A stretch of DNA of 64,000 nt from assembly GCA_024421095.1 (NCBI GenBank), contig JAHQYM010000002.1:4279-68278 (forward strand). The letters are read 5' to 3'. Both the position numbers and the translations under genes were made by a program. The notes beneath the pieces are model-generated. The model did not search any database. It had not been told where the DNA came from and was given only the letters and a program-made list of their open reading frames with translations. Numbering within the stretch: position 1 is the first letter of the stretch; every line of letters begins with the position of its first letter. This DNA comes from Acidimicrobiia bacterium. GTDB lineage: Bacteria > Actinomycetota > Acidimicrobiia > Acidimicrobiales > Aldehydirespiratoraceae. Of this stretch, positions 27,538-39,145 are shown in pieces.

Positions 27538-28723
27538 GCCAGCGAATGCTGCTGAGGCCTCAAATGACCTGCCGACCGTTGCACAAATCGGCGCGCTTGC
27601 GGCTGACGCGGGTATTGGGCGTGTTCATATCTTGGCTTGGCGTGACCTCGCCGATGTGGAAGCCGGAGGGTCGGAAAACCACGCCTCGCGGGTGGCGGAG
27701 CTTTGGGCGTTAGCTGGGGTTGAGGTGACCATGCGCACCTCATACGCCGCTGGTGCTTCCACTAGCGGCACTCGTGACGGTTACCGCGTGATTCGCAAAG
27801 CGGGGCGTTACATGATTTTTCCTCGGGCGATCATGGCTGAGATGAGCGGGCGACACGGCCCGCGTGATGCCCTAATAGAGATTTGGAATGGGGTGCCATT
27901 TCTGTCTCCATTGTGGGCTCGGGGTCCACGCCTGATTTGGCTACACCATCTGCACACTGAAATGTGGCCGCTGGTATTACCGACCCGGTTAGCTCGCGTT
28001 GGTCAGCTATTGGAGGCTCGTGTTGCTCCCCCGCTTTATCGCCGTTCGAAAGTGGTGACTCTAGGCGAATCTTCTAAGGTGACGATGTTGGAGCGGCTTG
28101 GATTCAAGGCCGAAAATGTGCATGTGGTGCCGCCGGGTGTGGATGCCAAGTTTGCGCCTGGTGCTCCCAAGTCACCTGAGCCGAGCGTGCTTGCGGTTGG
28201 TCGTTTGATGCCCCCTAAAGCTTTCGACAAGCTGATTGATGCGATGCTGCGGGTGCGTGAGGTGTGTCCAGCGCAGCTCACCATCATCGGTGAGGGTTAC
28301 GCCCGCGATGGGCTTGCAAAGCTGATCGCGGGCGTGGGCGCTCAAAGTTGGTGCAAGTTGTTGGGCAAGGTTGACGACCACACCTTGGTGTCCCAATACC
28401 AGTCGGCTTGGATCGTTGCTTCTTGTTCAGTGAGTGAGGGTTGGGGGATGACCTTAACTGAGGCCGCGGCGTGTGGCACCCCAGCGGTGGCCACCAAAAT
28501 CCCTGGCCACATAGACGCGGTTCGTGATGACGAGACGGGTTTGATGGCGGGTTCACCAGCGGAGTTCGTGGCCGCCTTGGTTCGGATCTTGCATGACAAA
28601 GAACTGCGTGAGCGTTTGGCGGCAAGCGCGCAGCAGCGAGCAAAATCCCTGACTTGGGAACGCACCGCGTTTGACAACATGGCCGTGTTGGCGAGTTGTG
28701 TCCCGCGCAGCCGCCATGCTTGA
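27500..28723 (+). CDS. Glycosyltransferase family 4 (GT-B, GT1/GT4 type)
   Basis: C-terminal EX7E-type block SVSEGWGMTLTEAAACGTPAVAT. The start is uncertain (ATG 27500 or in-frame TTG 27527). The track's 27332 start lies inside the oxidoreductase gene. Confidence 0.8.
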   Translation: MRRKLKGLPLGAEPANAAEASNDLPTVAQIGALAADAGIGRVHILAWRDLADVEAGGSENHASRVAELWALAGVEVTMRTSYAAGASTSGTRDGYRVIRKAGRYMIFPRAIMAEMSGRHGPRDALIEIWNGVPFLSPLWARGPRLIWLHHLHTEMWPLVLPTRLARVGQLLEARVAPPLYRRSKVVTLGESSKVTMLERLGFKAENVHVVPPGVDAKFAPGAPKSPEPSVLAVGRLMPPKAFDKLIDAMLRVREVCPAQLTIIGEGYARDGLAKLIAGVGAQSWCKLLGKVDDHTLVSQYQSAWIVASCSVSEGWGMTLTEAAACGTPAVATKIPGHIDAVRDDETGLMAGSPAEFVAALVRILHDKELRERLAASAQQRAKSLTWERTAFDNMAVLASCVPRSRHA

Positions 28724-31700
28724 ATCTCAGCGATACACAAAAATACCAAAGCTGCGGCGGGTTTTTCCTTTGCTGGTGGCTGCCTTGGTGGCGTATCTGC
28801 CAGTGGTGTTTTCTAGCCCCGGCAAGGTTGGTGCCGACACCAAAACCTATCTTTATCTTGACCCTTCACGACTGCTCGATCAAGCTCCCTCTTTGTGGGA
28901 TGGTGATGTAGCTTTGGGCACGGTTACTCATCAAACCATCGGGTATTTGTGGCCGATGGGGCCTTTTTATTGGCTGGCTGAGGCATTGGGTAGCCCAGAT
29001 TGGTTGGCGCAGCGTCTCTGGCTTGGTTCAATATTGTTCGCTGCTGCAGTTGGTGTTTGGTTCTTACTCAAGGCGCTTGATTGGTCTGGGAAGGGTGTGC
29101 TGGTGGCGATGTTGGCTTACCAACTCAGCCCCTACATGCTGCACTACTCGGCGCGCATCTCGGTGGTGTTGTTGCCTTGGGCTGCTTTGCCAACGATGAT
29201 CGCCTTGACCATACGGGCGGCTCGCCGTGGTGGTTGGCGTGATCCCGCATGGTTCGCTTTGGTGGTGGTGACTGTTGGTTCGGTGAACGCAACTTCGTTG
29301 TTGTTGGTGGGCATAGCGCCGGTGCTGTGGCTGGTTCACGCAGCGCTAGTGGAGCGTTCCATTAGCAACTCTCAAGCCGCTAAAGCCGCGTTGAAGATTG
29401 CGGTTTTGAGTATTGCGGTGTCTTTGTGGTGGATTGTTGGACTTTGGGTTCAAAGTGCTTATAGCTTGCCGGTGACGCGCTATACCGAATCCTACGAGGC
29501 GGTTGCTAGCGCCTCAACAGGCCCTGAAGTGTTTCGGGGCCTCGGGTATTGGTTCTTTTACGGCAATGACAAATTTGGCCAGTGGATCCAACCAAGTATC
29601 GAATACACGCAGGGCGTGTGGTTGCATTTTCTGAGCTTTGGCTTGGTTGTGTTCGCGTTGTTGGGTGCGGCTTTGGTCCGTTGGCGGCACCGTGCGTATT
29701 TCGTCTTGCTGATCGTTGTGGGTGGTTTTGTTGCTATCGCCGCGTACCCCTTTGCTGATCCTTCTTTCTTGGGTTCCCTTTTCAAGGCGTTCACCAAGAC
29801 CGATGCTGGTTTGGCATTGCGTTCCACGCCGCGCGCTTTGCCTATGTTGGTGCTCGGGGTGGCCGTGTTGTTGGGCGCGATTGCCAATTCGACTCATCGG
29901 CGCTGGCCTCAACTGGGCAATGTTCTCGCGGTTTTGATTGTGTTGGCTGTGCTGCTCAACAACCCAGCGATGTGGCGGATTCGGATGATAGAGGAGCACT
30001 TGCATCGTGATGAAGAAATCCCATTGTATTGGCGGGAGGCCATCTCAGCATTGGATGCCTCTGAGCATAAAGGTCGAGTAATGGAGGTTCCTGGCACCGA
30101 TTTTGCTTCTTACCGTTGGGGCAATACGGTTGACCCGATCACTCCAGGGTTGCTCAATCGGGGGTATGTGGCGCGCGAGTTGGTGCCTTTTGGTTCGGCA
30201 CCTTCGGCTGCGTTGCTGAGCGCGTTTGATCGCCGTTTCCAAGAAGGCACACTTGATTTGGACTCGCTGGTACCGATTGCTGCGTTGATGTCGGTTGACG
30301 ATTTGGTACACCGCGCCGACCTCACCTATGAACGTTTCCGTACACCGCGGCCAAGGCTGTTGGCAGAACAACTAGCGCGGGCACCGAATCTAGGAACTGC
30401 GGTTGGATTCGGGGAACCGCTACCCAACATCGCGGGACCTTCCCAGCCATTGCTTGACGAAGTTTTCTTGGGTGTGGATGCGAACCTGAAGCATCCATCT
30501 CCAGTAACGATCCATGCGGTTCCAAACGCATTAGAAACGGTCAGGCTGCGCTCGCTTTCTGGGGGAACGGTGCTTGTCGGTGACGCTGAAGGGCTCGTTG
30601 ACGTGGCCGGCGCAAACCTGTTGGACATTTCCAAACCGCTTTGGTTCGCAGCGGATTTGCTTGCCGATAAGCATCTCCTCAATACCGTTTTGGCTGAGCC
30701 GAGTCATGTGGTGATTACAGATGGCAACAAACAAAGGGCGCGCCGTTGGGGAACCTTGCGAGAAAACGTTGGTGAAGTGGAACGCATTGGGCAAGTCCCC
30801 TTAGTTGAAGACCGAACCGACAACCGTTTACCAATCTTTCCTGACCTCGCTGAACGCCAAGAAATAAATCTTCACGACATCCGCACGGTTGCGGTCCAAC
30901 AAGGTGCCTTCACCGTGCAGGCCAGCGCTTATGGCAATCCAGTTACCTACACCAACGATGATCGCGCGGTTTTCGCGGTGGACGGTGACCTTGAAACGGC
31001 GTGGGAGGTTGGTGCCTTTTCTGAAGCTCGGGGTGAATATTTGCAGTTCACCTTTTCTACACCTACACAAATCTCAGAAATGACATTCGTGCAGCCACAA
31101 ACTGAAGAAAACCGCCGCATTACCGAGGTTGAGGTGCGGGCCGATGGTGTTTCGCTCGGCAAGTTTGCTTTAGGTGCAGCAAGCCTCACCAAACAAGGAC
31201 AAAAAATTGAGTTTGCAGAGACTAGGGCGCGGCAACTTCACGTGGAACTCACCGATTTGGATTTCGCTACTCAAGCCCGCTATGCCGGTGTGTCACCCGT
31301 GGGCTTTGCTGAGGTGCGCTTCGGCGGTTCGCTTGGCACGCTCACCGAAATCCTGCGTACGCCCGTTGCGCTCGTCGATGAGTTGTCTGAGCGACTTGAT
31401 GACCACAGCATCTCGGTGGTGTTAACTCGTGAACGTTCTAACCCGGCGGAACCGGTGCGTGATGATCCCGAGGCCGAGATGCGCCGTCTCGTCAAGGTTC
31501 CTGCGGGGCGCACTTGGATGATTACTGGTAGCGCACGCCTCTCCGCAAACGCACCAGAATCCCAGATTGATCGGCTTTTGGGTCGCACCAAAACCCCCAA
31601 CGGTTTGGCACTGAGCGCACGATCGAGTGGTCGTTTAGCAGGTGACTTGGACAGCGCAGCTTCGTTTGCTTTTGATGCCGAGCCAAGAACCGCCTGGACT

Positions 31701-33038
31701 GCCGAGTTTGGCCCCCAAGCCGGTAAATGGCTCGAATTGAGTACCGAGGAGGAGGTTTATGTTGAAGACCTAATCGTAGATGTGCTCGCAGATGAGTTTC
31801 ATTCTGTACCGCGCCAAATTGCTGTATGGGCTGACGGAGAAAATGTTGCTCAGCTAGAAGTTCCTGGCGCTCCAAAGCAAGTCGGTAGCACGCTTCGCGT
31901 GGAGCACAATTTGGATCGACGGCTATCAACGCTGCGCCTTGTGGTGACCGCGGTTGACGAACGATTGACCCAAGATTGGTATTCCAATGCTGCGGTGGCG
32001 ATGCCTATAGCTATAGCTGAGGTTGATATTGGTTCAGGTTTACACTTCGTCGCTGCTGCTGATGTGGACAGCGGTTGTGTGGAGTTGTTGTCGATCAACG
32101 CTGAACCGTTGCGGGCACGTATCACTGGGCTAGCAGAAGATGCATTAGCGCGCCGTGAGCTCCCTTTAGTTGGATGCGACACAGCCAAGTCTGGCGCCAA
32201 CAGTTTGCAGATTTCCACGCAGGCTCGCGCCTTGGGGTTTGACTTCGATCAACTAGTCTTGCGAAGCCCTCGCGCAAGCAAGGTAGTGCCCTCGCCCGCA
32301 AGCGTGGAGGTGCTGCGCCACGACGACACGTCCTTCACCCTGCGGGTGCCGGGTGCCGCGGTCGAACGTTGGTTGGTGCTTGGGCAGAGCTACAACCGAG
32401 GTTGGTCGGCTCAGATTGACGGCATGGATCTAGCGGCACCGAAATTGATAGACGGATTTGCGAATGCTTGGCGGCTCCCTGCTGCCAACGAGCAGATTGT
32501 TGAGTTGCGTTGGACACCACAACGTTATGTGAACTGGGCTTTATGGTTGAGCCTCGCTGCTGCCATCGTGGCGATGTTTTTGGCAGTCCGCCCGGCACGT
32601 ACCCCAGCCACTATTCAAGGGCCGGCGGCGCGGCGCAGAGATGGCCCCGAATTGCCACAATTGCGGCCATTGTTTGGTAGCGCCACAACTTGGCCGGTAA
32701 CTGAGGTGACACATCTCCGAAAGGCTATTTTCGGTTTCGTGGTGGCGGTCACTTTCGCGGCGTTGAACCTGCCGTTTTGGCACTTGCTGACGGTTGCGGT
32801 CGGGCTGCTTGCAGCCTTCTCTATCGGAAGTCCACGCCCTTGGAACCGCCCGGCCTTGCTTGCCGCGTTTTTATTGGGTGTGGCCGCGCTGAACATCATG
32901 GTTGAGCAACGGCGCTTTCGTTATCCAGCAGATTTCAGTTGGCCACAACAGTTTGATCACCAACATATCCTCGCGGTGCTGGCCCTGATATTGCTTTTCG
33001 TAGACTATTTGAGGTCGCTGCAACGCCCCGACACTTAA
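28716..33038 (+). CDS. AftD-like alpha-(1->3)-arabinofuranosyltransferase family protein (GT-C, DUF3367) with discoidin/F5-8-type-C-like domains
   Basis: N-terminus PGKVGADTKTYLYLDPSRLL followed by about 12 TM segments. It has a large soluble region with DGDLETAWEV...GEYLQFTF and AFDAEPRTAWTAEF...KWLELS, and C-terminal TMs. ATG 28716 overlaps the GT4 stop by 8 nt. Confidence 0.8.
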   Translation: MLESQRYTKIPKLRRVFPLLVAALVAYLPVVFSSPGKVGADTKTYLYLDPSRLLDQAPSLWDGDVALGTVTHQTIGYLWPMGPFYWLAEALGSPDWLAQRLWLGSILFAAAVGVWFLLKALDWSGKGVLVAMLAYQLSPYMLHYSARISVVLLPWAALPTMIALTIRAARRGGWRDPAWFALVVVTVGSVNATSLLLVGIAPVLWLVHAALVERSISNSQAAKAALKIAVLSIAVSLWWIVGLWVQSAYSLPVTRYTESYEAVASASTGPEVFRGLGYWFFYGNDKFGQWIQPSIEYTQGVWLHFLSFGLVVFALLGAALVRWRHRAYFVLLIVVGGFVAIAAYPFADPSFLGSLFKAFTKTDAGLALRSTPRALPMLVLGVAVLLGAIANSTHRRWPQLGNVLAVLIVLAVLLNNPAMWRIRMIEEHLHRDEEIPLYWREAISALDASEHKGRVMEVPGTDFASYRWGNTVDPITPGLLNRGYVARELVPFGSAPSAALLSAFDRRFQEGTLDLDSLVPIAALMSVDDLVHRADLTYERFRTPRPRLLAEQLARAPNLGTAVGFGEPLPNIAGPSQPLLDEVFLGVDANLKHPSPVTIHAVPNALETVRLRSLSGGTVLVGDAEGLVDVAGANLLDISKPLWFAADLLADKHLLNTVLAEPSHVVITDGNKQRARRWGTLRENVGEVERIGQVPLVEDRTDNRLPIFPDLAERQEINLHDIRTVAVQQGAFTVQASAYGNPVTYTNDDRAVFAVDGDLETAWEVGAFSEARGEYLQFTFSTPTQISEMTFVQPQTEENRRITEVEVRADGVSLGKFALGAASLTKQGQKIEFAETRARQLHVELTDLDFATQARYAGVSPVGFAEVRFGGSLGTLTEILRTPVALVDELSERLDDHSISVVLTRERSNPAEPVRDDPEAEMRRLVKVPAGRTWMITGSARLSANAPESQIDRLLGRTKTPNGLALSARSSGRLAGDLDSAASFAFDAEPRTAWTAEFGPQAGKWLELSTEEEVYVEDLIVDVLADEFHSVPRQIAVWADGENVAQLEVPGAPKQVGSTLRVEHNLDRRLSTLRLVVTAVDERLTQDWYSNAAVAMPIAIAEVDIGSGLHFVAAADVDSGCVELLSINAEPLRARITGLAEDALARRELPLVGCDTAKSGANSLQISTQARALGFDFDQLVLRSPRASKVVPSPASVEVLRHDDTSFTLRVPGAAVERWLVLGQSYNRGWSAQIDGMDLAAPKLIDGFANAWRLPAANEQIVELRWTPQRYVNWALWLSLAAAIVAMFLAVRPARTPATIQGPAARRRDGPELPQLRPLFGSATTWPVTEVTHLRKAIFGFVVAVTFAALNLPFWHLLTVAVGLLAAFSIGSPRPWNRPALLAAFLLGVAALNIMVEQRRFRYPADFSWPQQFDHQHILAVLALILLFVDYLRSLQRPDT

Positions 33039-33042
33039 TCCG

Positions 33043-34503
33043 CTAGCGCAAAGGAACCGCGGTCGGGGTAATCGGATCCGCCAACATAGTCTCACCCATG
33101 ATCCATTGGTCTACGCTAGCGGCAGCGCTGCGCCCTTCGGCGATAGCCCAGACGATGAGACTCTGGCCGCGTCCCATGTCGCCACAAACGAAAACTCCAT
33201 CAACATTCGTCGCCCAGCTATTGTTGCGCGCCACGTTTCCACGGGGATCAAGTTCGACACCGAATTGATCTAGCAGCGGTTGGGGTTCGGCACCCGTGAA
33301 CCCCATCGCCAAAAGCACTAAATCCGCTTTGAATCTCTGTTGCGAATCACGCAAAGGTTCGAAAGTCATGTTGCCATCACGCATCTTTTGCTCAACGCGC
33401 ACCGCGTCAAGTCCGCAAACTTGGCCTCTGTCGCCGCTGAAAGCAACTGTGCTAATGGCGTATTCTCTTTGCCCGCCTTCTTCATGAGCGCTACTCACAC
33501 GATAGATATTGGGCCAGGTGGGCCACGGATTGGTGCTAGGGCGCTGATCTGGTGGGCGCGGCATTATCTCAAATTGAGTGATGGTTTTCGCGCCTTGGCG
33601 TAGAGCAGTACCCAAACAGTCGGCGCCAGTATCACCCCCACCAACGATGATCACATGTTTTGCTTCGGCACTGATGGAAGCTGACGTGATGTCGCCTTGC
33701 TGCACACGGTTGGCGATAGGCAAATACTCCATCGCTTGGTGGATACCTTCGAGGTCTCGCCCCGGTATTGGGAGATCACGGGCTTGTGTTGCGCCGCAAG
33801 CGAGCACGATTGCGTCGTGTTGGCTGCGCAGTTCTTCGGCGTGGACATCTATGCCGATAGCGGTGTCGCAGACAAAGCGTGTGCCCTCTGCAACCATTTG
33901 TTCTAGCCGCCGGTCGAGGTGACGTTTCTCCATTTTGAACTCTGGTATGCCGTAACGTAGTAACCCGCCGGCGCGGTCGGCTCGTTCATATACCGTGACC
34001 GTGTGTCCGGCTCTTGTGAGTTGTTGAGCGGCGGCTAAACCGGCCGGGCCGGAACCCACGATAGCCACAGTTTTATTGGTCTGTTTGGTGGGCAGCACGG
34101 GCACCACCTGGTTGTTTTCCCAACCTCGATTGATGATTTCCACTTCTATGTTTTTAATCGTGACAGGTGGTTCGTTGATACCCAACACGCAAGCGGTTTC
34201 GCATGGTGCGGGGCAGAGACGGCCCGTAAACTCAGGGAAGTTGTTGGTGGCGTGTAAGCGTTCAAGGGCATCGTGCCAGTGTCCATTGTGGGTTAAATCG
34301 TTCCAATCTGGAATCAGGTTTCCGAGCGGGCATCCGTTGTTGCAAAAGGGGACGCCACAGTCCATGCAGCGGCTTGCTTGGAGACGCAACTCCGCAGCAG
34401 GAAAGTCTTCGTACACTTCTCGCCAATCCCCCAAACGTTCAGGTATCGGGCGGCGCTTGGGTAACTGCCGTTGGTGTTTCAAGAAGCCACGGTGGTCGAC
34501 CAT
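33043..34503 (-). CDS. gltD: Glutamate synthase small (beta) subunit
   Basis: RCMDCGVPFC..GCPLGN Fe-S motifs, VAIVGSGPAGLAAAQQL, and IIVGGGDTGADC. Confidence 0.95.
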   Translation of the reverse strand: MVDHRGFLKHQRQLPKRRPIPERLGDWREVYEDFPAAELRLQASRCMDCGVPFCNNGCPLGNLIPDWNDLTHNGHWHDALERLHATNNFPEFTGRLCPAPCETACVLGINEPPVTIKNIEVEIINRGWENNQVVPVLPTKQTNKTVAIVGSGPAGLAAAQQLTRAGHTVTVYERADRAGGLLRYGIPEFKMEKRHLDRRLEQMVAEGTRFVCDTAIGIDVHAEELRSQHDAIVLACGATQARDLPIPGRDLEGIHQAMEYLPIANRVQQGDITSASISAEAKHVIIVGGGDTGADCLGTALRQGAKTITQFEIMPRPPDQRPSTNPWPTWPNIYRVSSAHEEGGQREYAISTVAFSGDRGQVCGLDAVRVEQKMRDGNMTFEPLRDSQQRFKADLVLLAMGFTGAEPQPLLDQFGVELDPRGNVARNNSWATNVDGVFVCGDMGRGQSLIVWAIAEGRSAAASVDQWIMGETMLADPITPTAVPLR

Positions 34504-34521
34504 TTTGCGCCAACCTTTGCT

Positions 34522-37500
34522 TCAACCGCGCGAGGCGGCCATTATCGCCTCGACTTCGTCAACGCCTTGCTCGCGTGCTTGCGCTGCGGCTTGCATCACC
34601 CGTTGATAATCGGTTGGGGTCACCTTCACAAAGTCGTTTGCTGTGGTGCCCCACGCAACCAAGATGCGCGCCGCGAGTTCGCTGCCGGTCTCTTGGCGGT
34701 GTTTGATGATCCTCACTCGTAACCATTCTAGGTCTTCGTTGTTGAGAGCTCCTAGTTCAACCATTTCCAAGTTGGTGCGGGCGCCTAGTTGCCTATCGGG
34801 GTCGTAGACGAAGGCTAGACCCCCACTCATTCCGGCTGCAAAATTGCGCCCGGTGCTACCAAGCACTACTGCTCTTCCACCGGTCATGTATTCACAACCA
34901 TGGTCGCCGATACCTTCGACGACCGCGATTGCACCTGAGTTCCGTACACAAAATCGTTCACCAACTCGACCACGCAAAAAGACTTCGCCAGAGGTGGCCC
35001 CGTAGAGGATGACGTTACCAGCGAGCACATTTTCTTCCGCCACAAATGGCGCGTTCCGTGGTGGCCGCACGATCAGTCGACCACCGCTCAGCCCCTTGCC
35101 TAGATAGTCGTTTGCGTCGCCTTCCAACCTCAACGTAATGCCTTGGGGAAGGAACGCACCGAAGCTATTTCCTGCTGATCCATTGAAGTTGACCACGATG
35201 GTGTCGGTTGGAAGCCCCGCGGCACCGTAGCGTTTGGTTACTTCGTAGCCTAGTAGTGTGCCTACTGTGCGGTTGACGTTGCGGATTGGCATATCAAGTG
35301 TTTGTGGCTCTTGTTTCTCGAGTGCGTCTTGTGCCAGCGTGATGAGAGTTTGGTCTAGTGCACCTTCAAGCCCGTGGTCTTGTTCTTTCCATTGATGGCG
35401 GCGTGCTTCACGGGCAATTTCGGGGAGATGCAAGACTGGTGCCAAATCGAGTCCCTCGGTCTTCCAATGGTTAACAGCTTTGCTGATATCAAGAGTTTCT
35501 ACTTGTCCGATTGCTTCATCTAGATTACGAAAACCAAGATAAGCCAGCAACTCCCGAACCTCTTCGGCGATGAACTCTATGAAGTTGACCACAAATTCGG
35601 GTTGACCCGAAAATTTCTTTCGCAACTCCGTGTTCTGTGTAGCAACTCCAACCGGGCAGGTATCTAGATGGCAGACGCGCATCATGATGCAACCCATGAC
35701 TACCAGGGGTGCGGTAGCGAAACCGAACTCTTCGGCACCCAATAGAGTTGCGATCATGACATCTCGGCCAGTCTTTAGTTGACCATCGCATTGCACCACG
35801 ATCCGGTCGCGCAGGTCGTTGAGTAACAGTGTTTGCTGAGTTTCTGCTAACCCGAGTTCCCAAGGAACGCCGGCGTGCTTGATTGAGGTTTGTGGCGATG
35901 CGCCGGTACCGCCGTCGTGCCCGGAGATAAGCACCACATCAGCATGCGCTTTAGCCACTCCTGCGGCTACCGTCCCGACACCGACTTCGGCTACTAACTT
36001 AACATGCACTCGAGCTTGAGGGTTAGCGTTTTTTAGGTCGTGGATCAGTTGCGCTAAGTCTTCTATGGAGTAGATGTCGTGGTGTGGTGGTGGCGAAATC
36101 AACCCCACTCCAGGAGTTGAATGGCGGGTTTTTGCTATCCATGGATAAACCTTGTTGCCCGGTAGTTGCCCACCTTCACCGGGTTTTGCTCCCTGTGCCA
36201 TTTTGATTTGTAGGTCATCTGCGTTAACCAGATATTCGCTAGTTACACCGAAGCGTCCACTAGCTACCTGCTTGATAGCGCTACGCCGCAAGTCTCCATT
36301 GCTGTCTGGTATAAACCGTTCAGCATCTTCACCACCTTCGCCGGTATTGGACTTCGCGCCAATTCGGTTCATCGCAATAGCTAGTGTTTCGTGAGCTTCA
36401 GGCGAAATAGAACCGTAACTCATCGCTCCAGTTGAAAAGCGTTTAACTATCGACGAAACCGGTTCAACCTCATCAAGTGGTATCGATGGACGCAGCGATT
36501 TGAAACGAAACAAGCCGCGCAAAGTCCCTAATCGTGCAGATTGGTCGTTGACTAAGTTGGTGTATTCCTTGAAGATGTCGAAGCGTTTTTGGCGTGTGGC
36601 ATGCTGCAACTTGAAAACGGTCTCGGGATTGAACAGGTGATACTCACCTTCGCGGCGCCACTGGTATTCCCCACCAACGAGCAGCGTCCGATGTGAACGC
36701 TGCGTTGGAACCTGAGGGTATGCAAGTTGATGACGAGCAGAAACTTCACGCTCCAAAACATCTAAACCCACCCCATCTAGTCGACTCACCGTACCGCAGA
36801 AATACTCATCGGTGACATCACGCGCCAAACCGACCGCTTCAAAGATTTGCGCTCCCGTGTATGACGCAACCGTGGAGATGCCCATCTTCGACATCACTTT
36901 GAGAATTCCTTGACTCGCAGCAGCAACAAAATTGCGTTGAGCGGTTTCTAATGGCATTGATGGGTCTAAACCGTGTTCACCCCGCTGCACCATGTCGCAA
37001 ATAGTTTCTAATGCCAGATATGGATTGATGGCGTTGGCACCATAACCAAGCAGCAAACAAAGCTGATGTGTCTCGCGAACATCGCCAGTTTCAACAACTA
37101 TGCCGACACGCGCACGACTCTTTTCTCGCACAAGGTGGTGATGCACTGCGCTGGTAGCGAGCAGAGAAGGAATGGGCATCAAGGAGTTGTTTGTGCCGCG
37201 ATCGCTCAGTATCAGCACGGAAGCACCAGCCTCAATGGCGGCACTCGCAGCGCCACGCAGCGTTTCCAGCGACTCACGCAACGCACTACCAGGGTCATCA
37301 GGATCGGTTATCTGGAAATGCATCGACAAGATCGCCGAACGGAATCCGTGGGGGCCTTCAGCATCGCCTAAAGCGGCGAGGCGTGCGAGTGCATCATCGG
37401 TGATAACCGGTGTATCAAGGTGGATCGTGCGACATGAATCTGGTTGAGGGTCAAACAAATTGCCTTGCGGTCCAACACGAGCGAATAGTGAGGTGATGAT

Positions 37501-39141
37501 CTGCTCGCGAATTGCATCTAGGGGCGGGTTGGTAACTTGCGCGAAGAGTTGTTGAAAGTAGTCGCTCAACTGCCGAGGGCGGTTGCTGAGTACCGCGATT
37601 GGGGTGTCTGTACCCATCGATCCGATGGCTTCTTTGGCGTGACGCGCCATAGGCGCTAGCAGAAGCTTCTTCTCCTCATGGGTATAACCGAACGTTACCT
37701 GACGGGTGACAAGTGTGCCTTCTGCAACGTCTCGCAGTGCTGCTGGCGCAAGATCGTTCAGGGTTATGAGATTTTGATTTAACCAAACTTGGTAGGGACG
37801 CGCTGAGGCCAGCCGGGATTTGATCTCTTCGTCTCGAATGATGCGTTGCTCTTTGGTGTCGATGAGAAACATCCGGCCCGGCTGGAGTCTTCCCTTTTCC
37901 ACAATAGTGTCGGGAGCAAGGTCGACAACACCAACTTCGCTCGCCATAATCACAAGTCCGTCTGCGCTGACCCAATACCGTGACGGCCGCAAGCCATTGC
38001 GGTCGAGCACCGCACCAATCACCTCCCCGTCGGTAAAAGCGATAGAGGCTGGGCCATCCCAAGGCTCCATGCGGGTGGAATTGAACTGGTAGAAAGCTCT
38101 TTGCACCCGATCCATGTGCTGGTGATGCTCCCAGGGTTCAGGAATCATCATCAACATTGCTTCAGCGAGTGAGTAACCACCCAACACCAACAATTCAAGA
38201 GCTTCATCAAAACCCGCAGTGTCGCTGGCGTCTGGCGTGCAAATGGGGAAGGCTCGCTCAATCCCCGGCAAATTTGCTGTCTCAAGTAGTGCCTCGCGAG
38301 CACGCATCCAGTTGCGGTTTCCTTGGATTGTGTTGATCTCGCCATTGTGGGCAATCATTCGATAGGGATGGGCCAATGGCCAAGAAGGAAACGTGTTAGT
38401 GGAAAAACGCGAATGCACTAACGCCAGTGCGCTCTCAACCCGTTCGTCACCCAAGTCTGCATAAAAATCTGCTAGCTGTGGCGGAGTCAACATCCCTTTG
38501 TAAACCACTGTGCGCGAACTCAAAGACGGAAAGTAAACCCGTTTGTGGGGTTTGGTTGCACCACCCATCGCCTGCACAGCCGTTTCAACGGTGGAACCAA
38601 CGCTGATTTCATGTTCGATACGCTTACGTGCGATATATGCCCGCCGGTCGAGGTCTAGGCCGCGCTGCCCTTCACAACTAACGAAAATCTGGCGGAAGGT
38701 TGGCATAGTCATTAATGCAGCCGACCCAATCACAGACGGATCCACCTGCACATCGCGCCACCCCAAGGTAACCAAACCTTCCTGGCCGATGATTTGTTCA
38801 ACCTCACGTTGAGCTGTATTTGCGGCGCTAGCTTCTTTGGGAATGAAAGCGATACCGGTCGCATAAGCACCCGGTTCGGGCAGGTCGAACCCCACAACCT
38901 CGCGGTAGAAACGGTCGGGAATCTGGATCAGAATGCCAGCACCGTCACCAGTGTTAATGTCGGATCCCTGCGCCCCCCGATGTTCTAGATTGCAAAGCGC
39001 CGCGAAACCGGTGAGCAACACATCACGGCTGCGCCGCCCGGCAATATCGCACACGAAACTCACCCCGCAGGAATCGTGTTCGAAACGAGGGTTGTAAAGT
39101 CCTTGACTATGTAGTGTTTCGTCTAACAAACGGTAAAGCAT
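34522..39141 (-). CDS. gltB: Glutamate synthase large (alpha) subunit
   Basis: [17 protein letters not shown] (Ntn amidotransferase Cys after a short propeptide), the FMN/3Fe-4S region ([13 protein letters not shown]), and the C-terminal GXGXG beta-helix. I prefer ATG 39141, which starts 4 nt after the trkH stop, by analogy with the recalled B. subtilis GltA N-terminus. Confidence 0.95.
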   Translation of the reverse strand: MLYRLLDETLHSQGLYNPRFEHDSCGVSFVCDIAGRRSRDVLLTGFAALCNLEHRGAQGSDINTGDGAGILIQIPDRFYREVVGFDLPEPGAYATGIAFIPKEASAANTAQREVEQIIGQEGLVTLGWRDVQVDPSVIGSAALMTMPTFRQIFVSCEGQRGLDLDRRAYIARKRIEHEISVGSTVETAVQAMGGATKPHKRVYFPSLSSRTVVYKGMLTPPQLADFYADLGDERVESALALVHSRFSTNTFPSWPLAHPYRMIAHNGEINTIQGNRNWMRAREALLETANLPGIERAFPICTPDASDTAGFDEALELLVLGGYSLAEAMLMMIPEPWEHHQHMDRVQRAFYQFNSTRMEPWDGPASIAFTDGEVIGAVLDRNGLRPSRYWVSADGLVIMASEVGVVDLAPDTIVEKGRLQPGRMFLIDTKEQRIIRDEEIKSRLASARPYQVWLNQNLITLNDLAPAALRDVAEGTLVTRQVTFGYTHEEKKLLLAPMARHAKEAIGSMGTDTPIAVLSNRPRQLSDYFQQLFAQVTNPPLDAIREQIITSLFARVGPQGNLFDPQPDSCRTIHLDTPVITDDALARLAALGDAEGPHGFRSAILSMHFQITDPDDPGSALRESLETLRGAASAAIEAGASVLILSDRGTNNSLMPIPSLLATSAVHHHLVREKSRARVGIVVETGDVRETHQLCLLLGYGANAINPYLALETICDMVQRGEHGLDPSMPLETAQRNFVAAASQGILKVMSKMGISTVASYTGAQIFEAVGLARDVTDEYFCGTVSRLDGVGLDVLEREVSARHQLAYPQVPTQRSHRTLLVGGEYQWRREGEYHLFNPETVFKLQHATRQKRFDIFKEYTNLVNDQSARLGTLRGLFRFKSLRPSIPLDEVEPVSSIVKRFSTGAMSYGSISPEAHETLAIAMNRIGAKSNTGEGGEDAERFIPDSNGDLRRSAIKQVASGRFGVTSEYLVNADDLQIKMAQGAKPGEGGQLPGNKVYPWIAKTRHSTPGVGLISPPPHHDIYSIEDLAQLIHDLKNANPQARVHVKLVAEVGVGTVAAGVAKAHADVVLISGHDGGTGASPQTSIKHAGVPWELGLAETQQTLLLNDLRDRIVVQCDGQLKTGRDVMIATLLGAEEFGFATAPLVVMGCIMMRVCHLDTCPVGVATQNTELRKKFSGQPEFVVNFIEFIAEEVRELLAYLGFRNLDEAIGQVETLDISKAVNHWKTEGLDLAPVLHLPEIAREARRHQWKEQDHGLEGALDQTLITLAQDALEKQEPQTLDMPIRNVNRTVGTLLGYEVTKRYGAAGLPTDTIVVNFNGSAGNSFGAFLPQGITLRLEGDANDYLGKGLSGGRLIVRPPRNAPFVAEENVLAGNVILYGATSGEVFLRGRVGERFCVRNSGAIAVVEGIGDHGCEYMTGGRAVVLGSTGRNFAAGMSGGLAFVYDPDRQLGARTNLEMVELGALNNEDLEWLRVRIIKHRQETGSELAARILVAWGTTANDFVKVTPTDYQRVMQAAAQAREQGVDEVEAIMAASRG

Positions 39142-39145
39142 AGCG

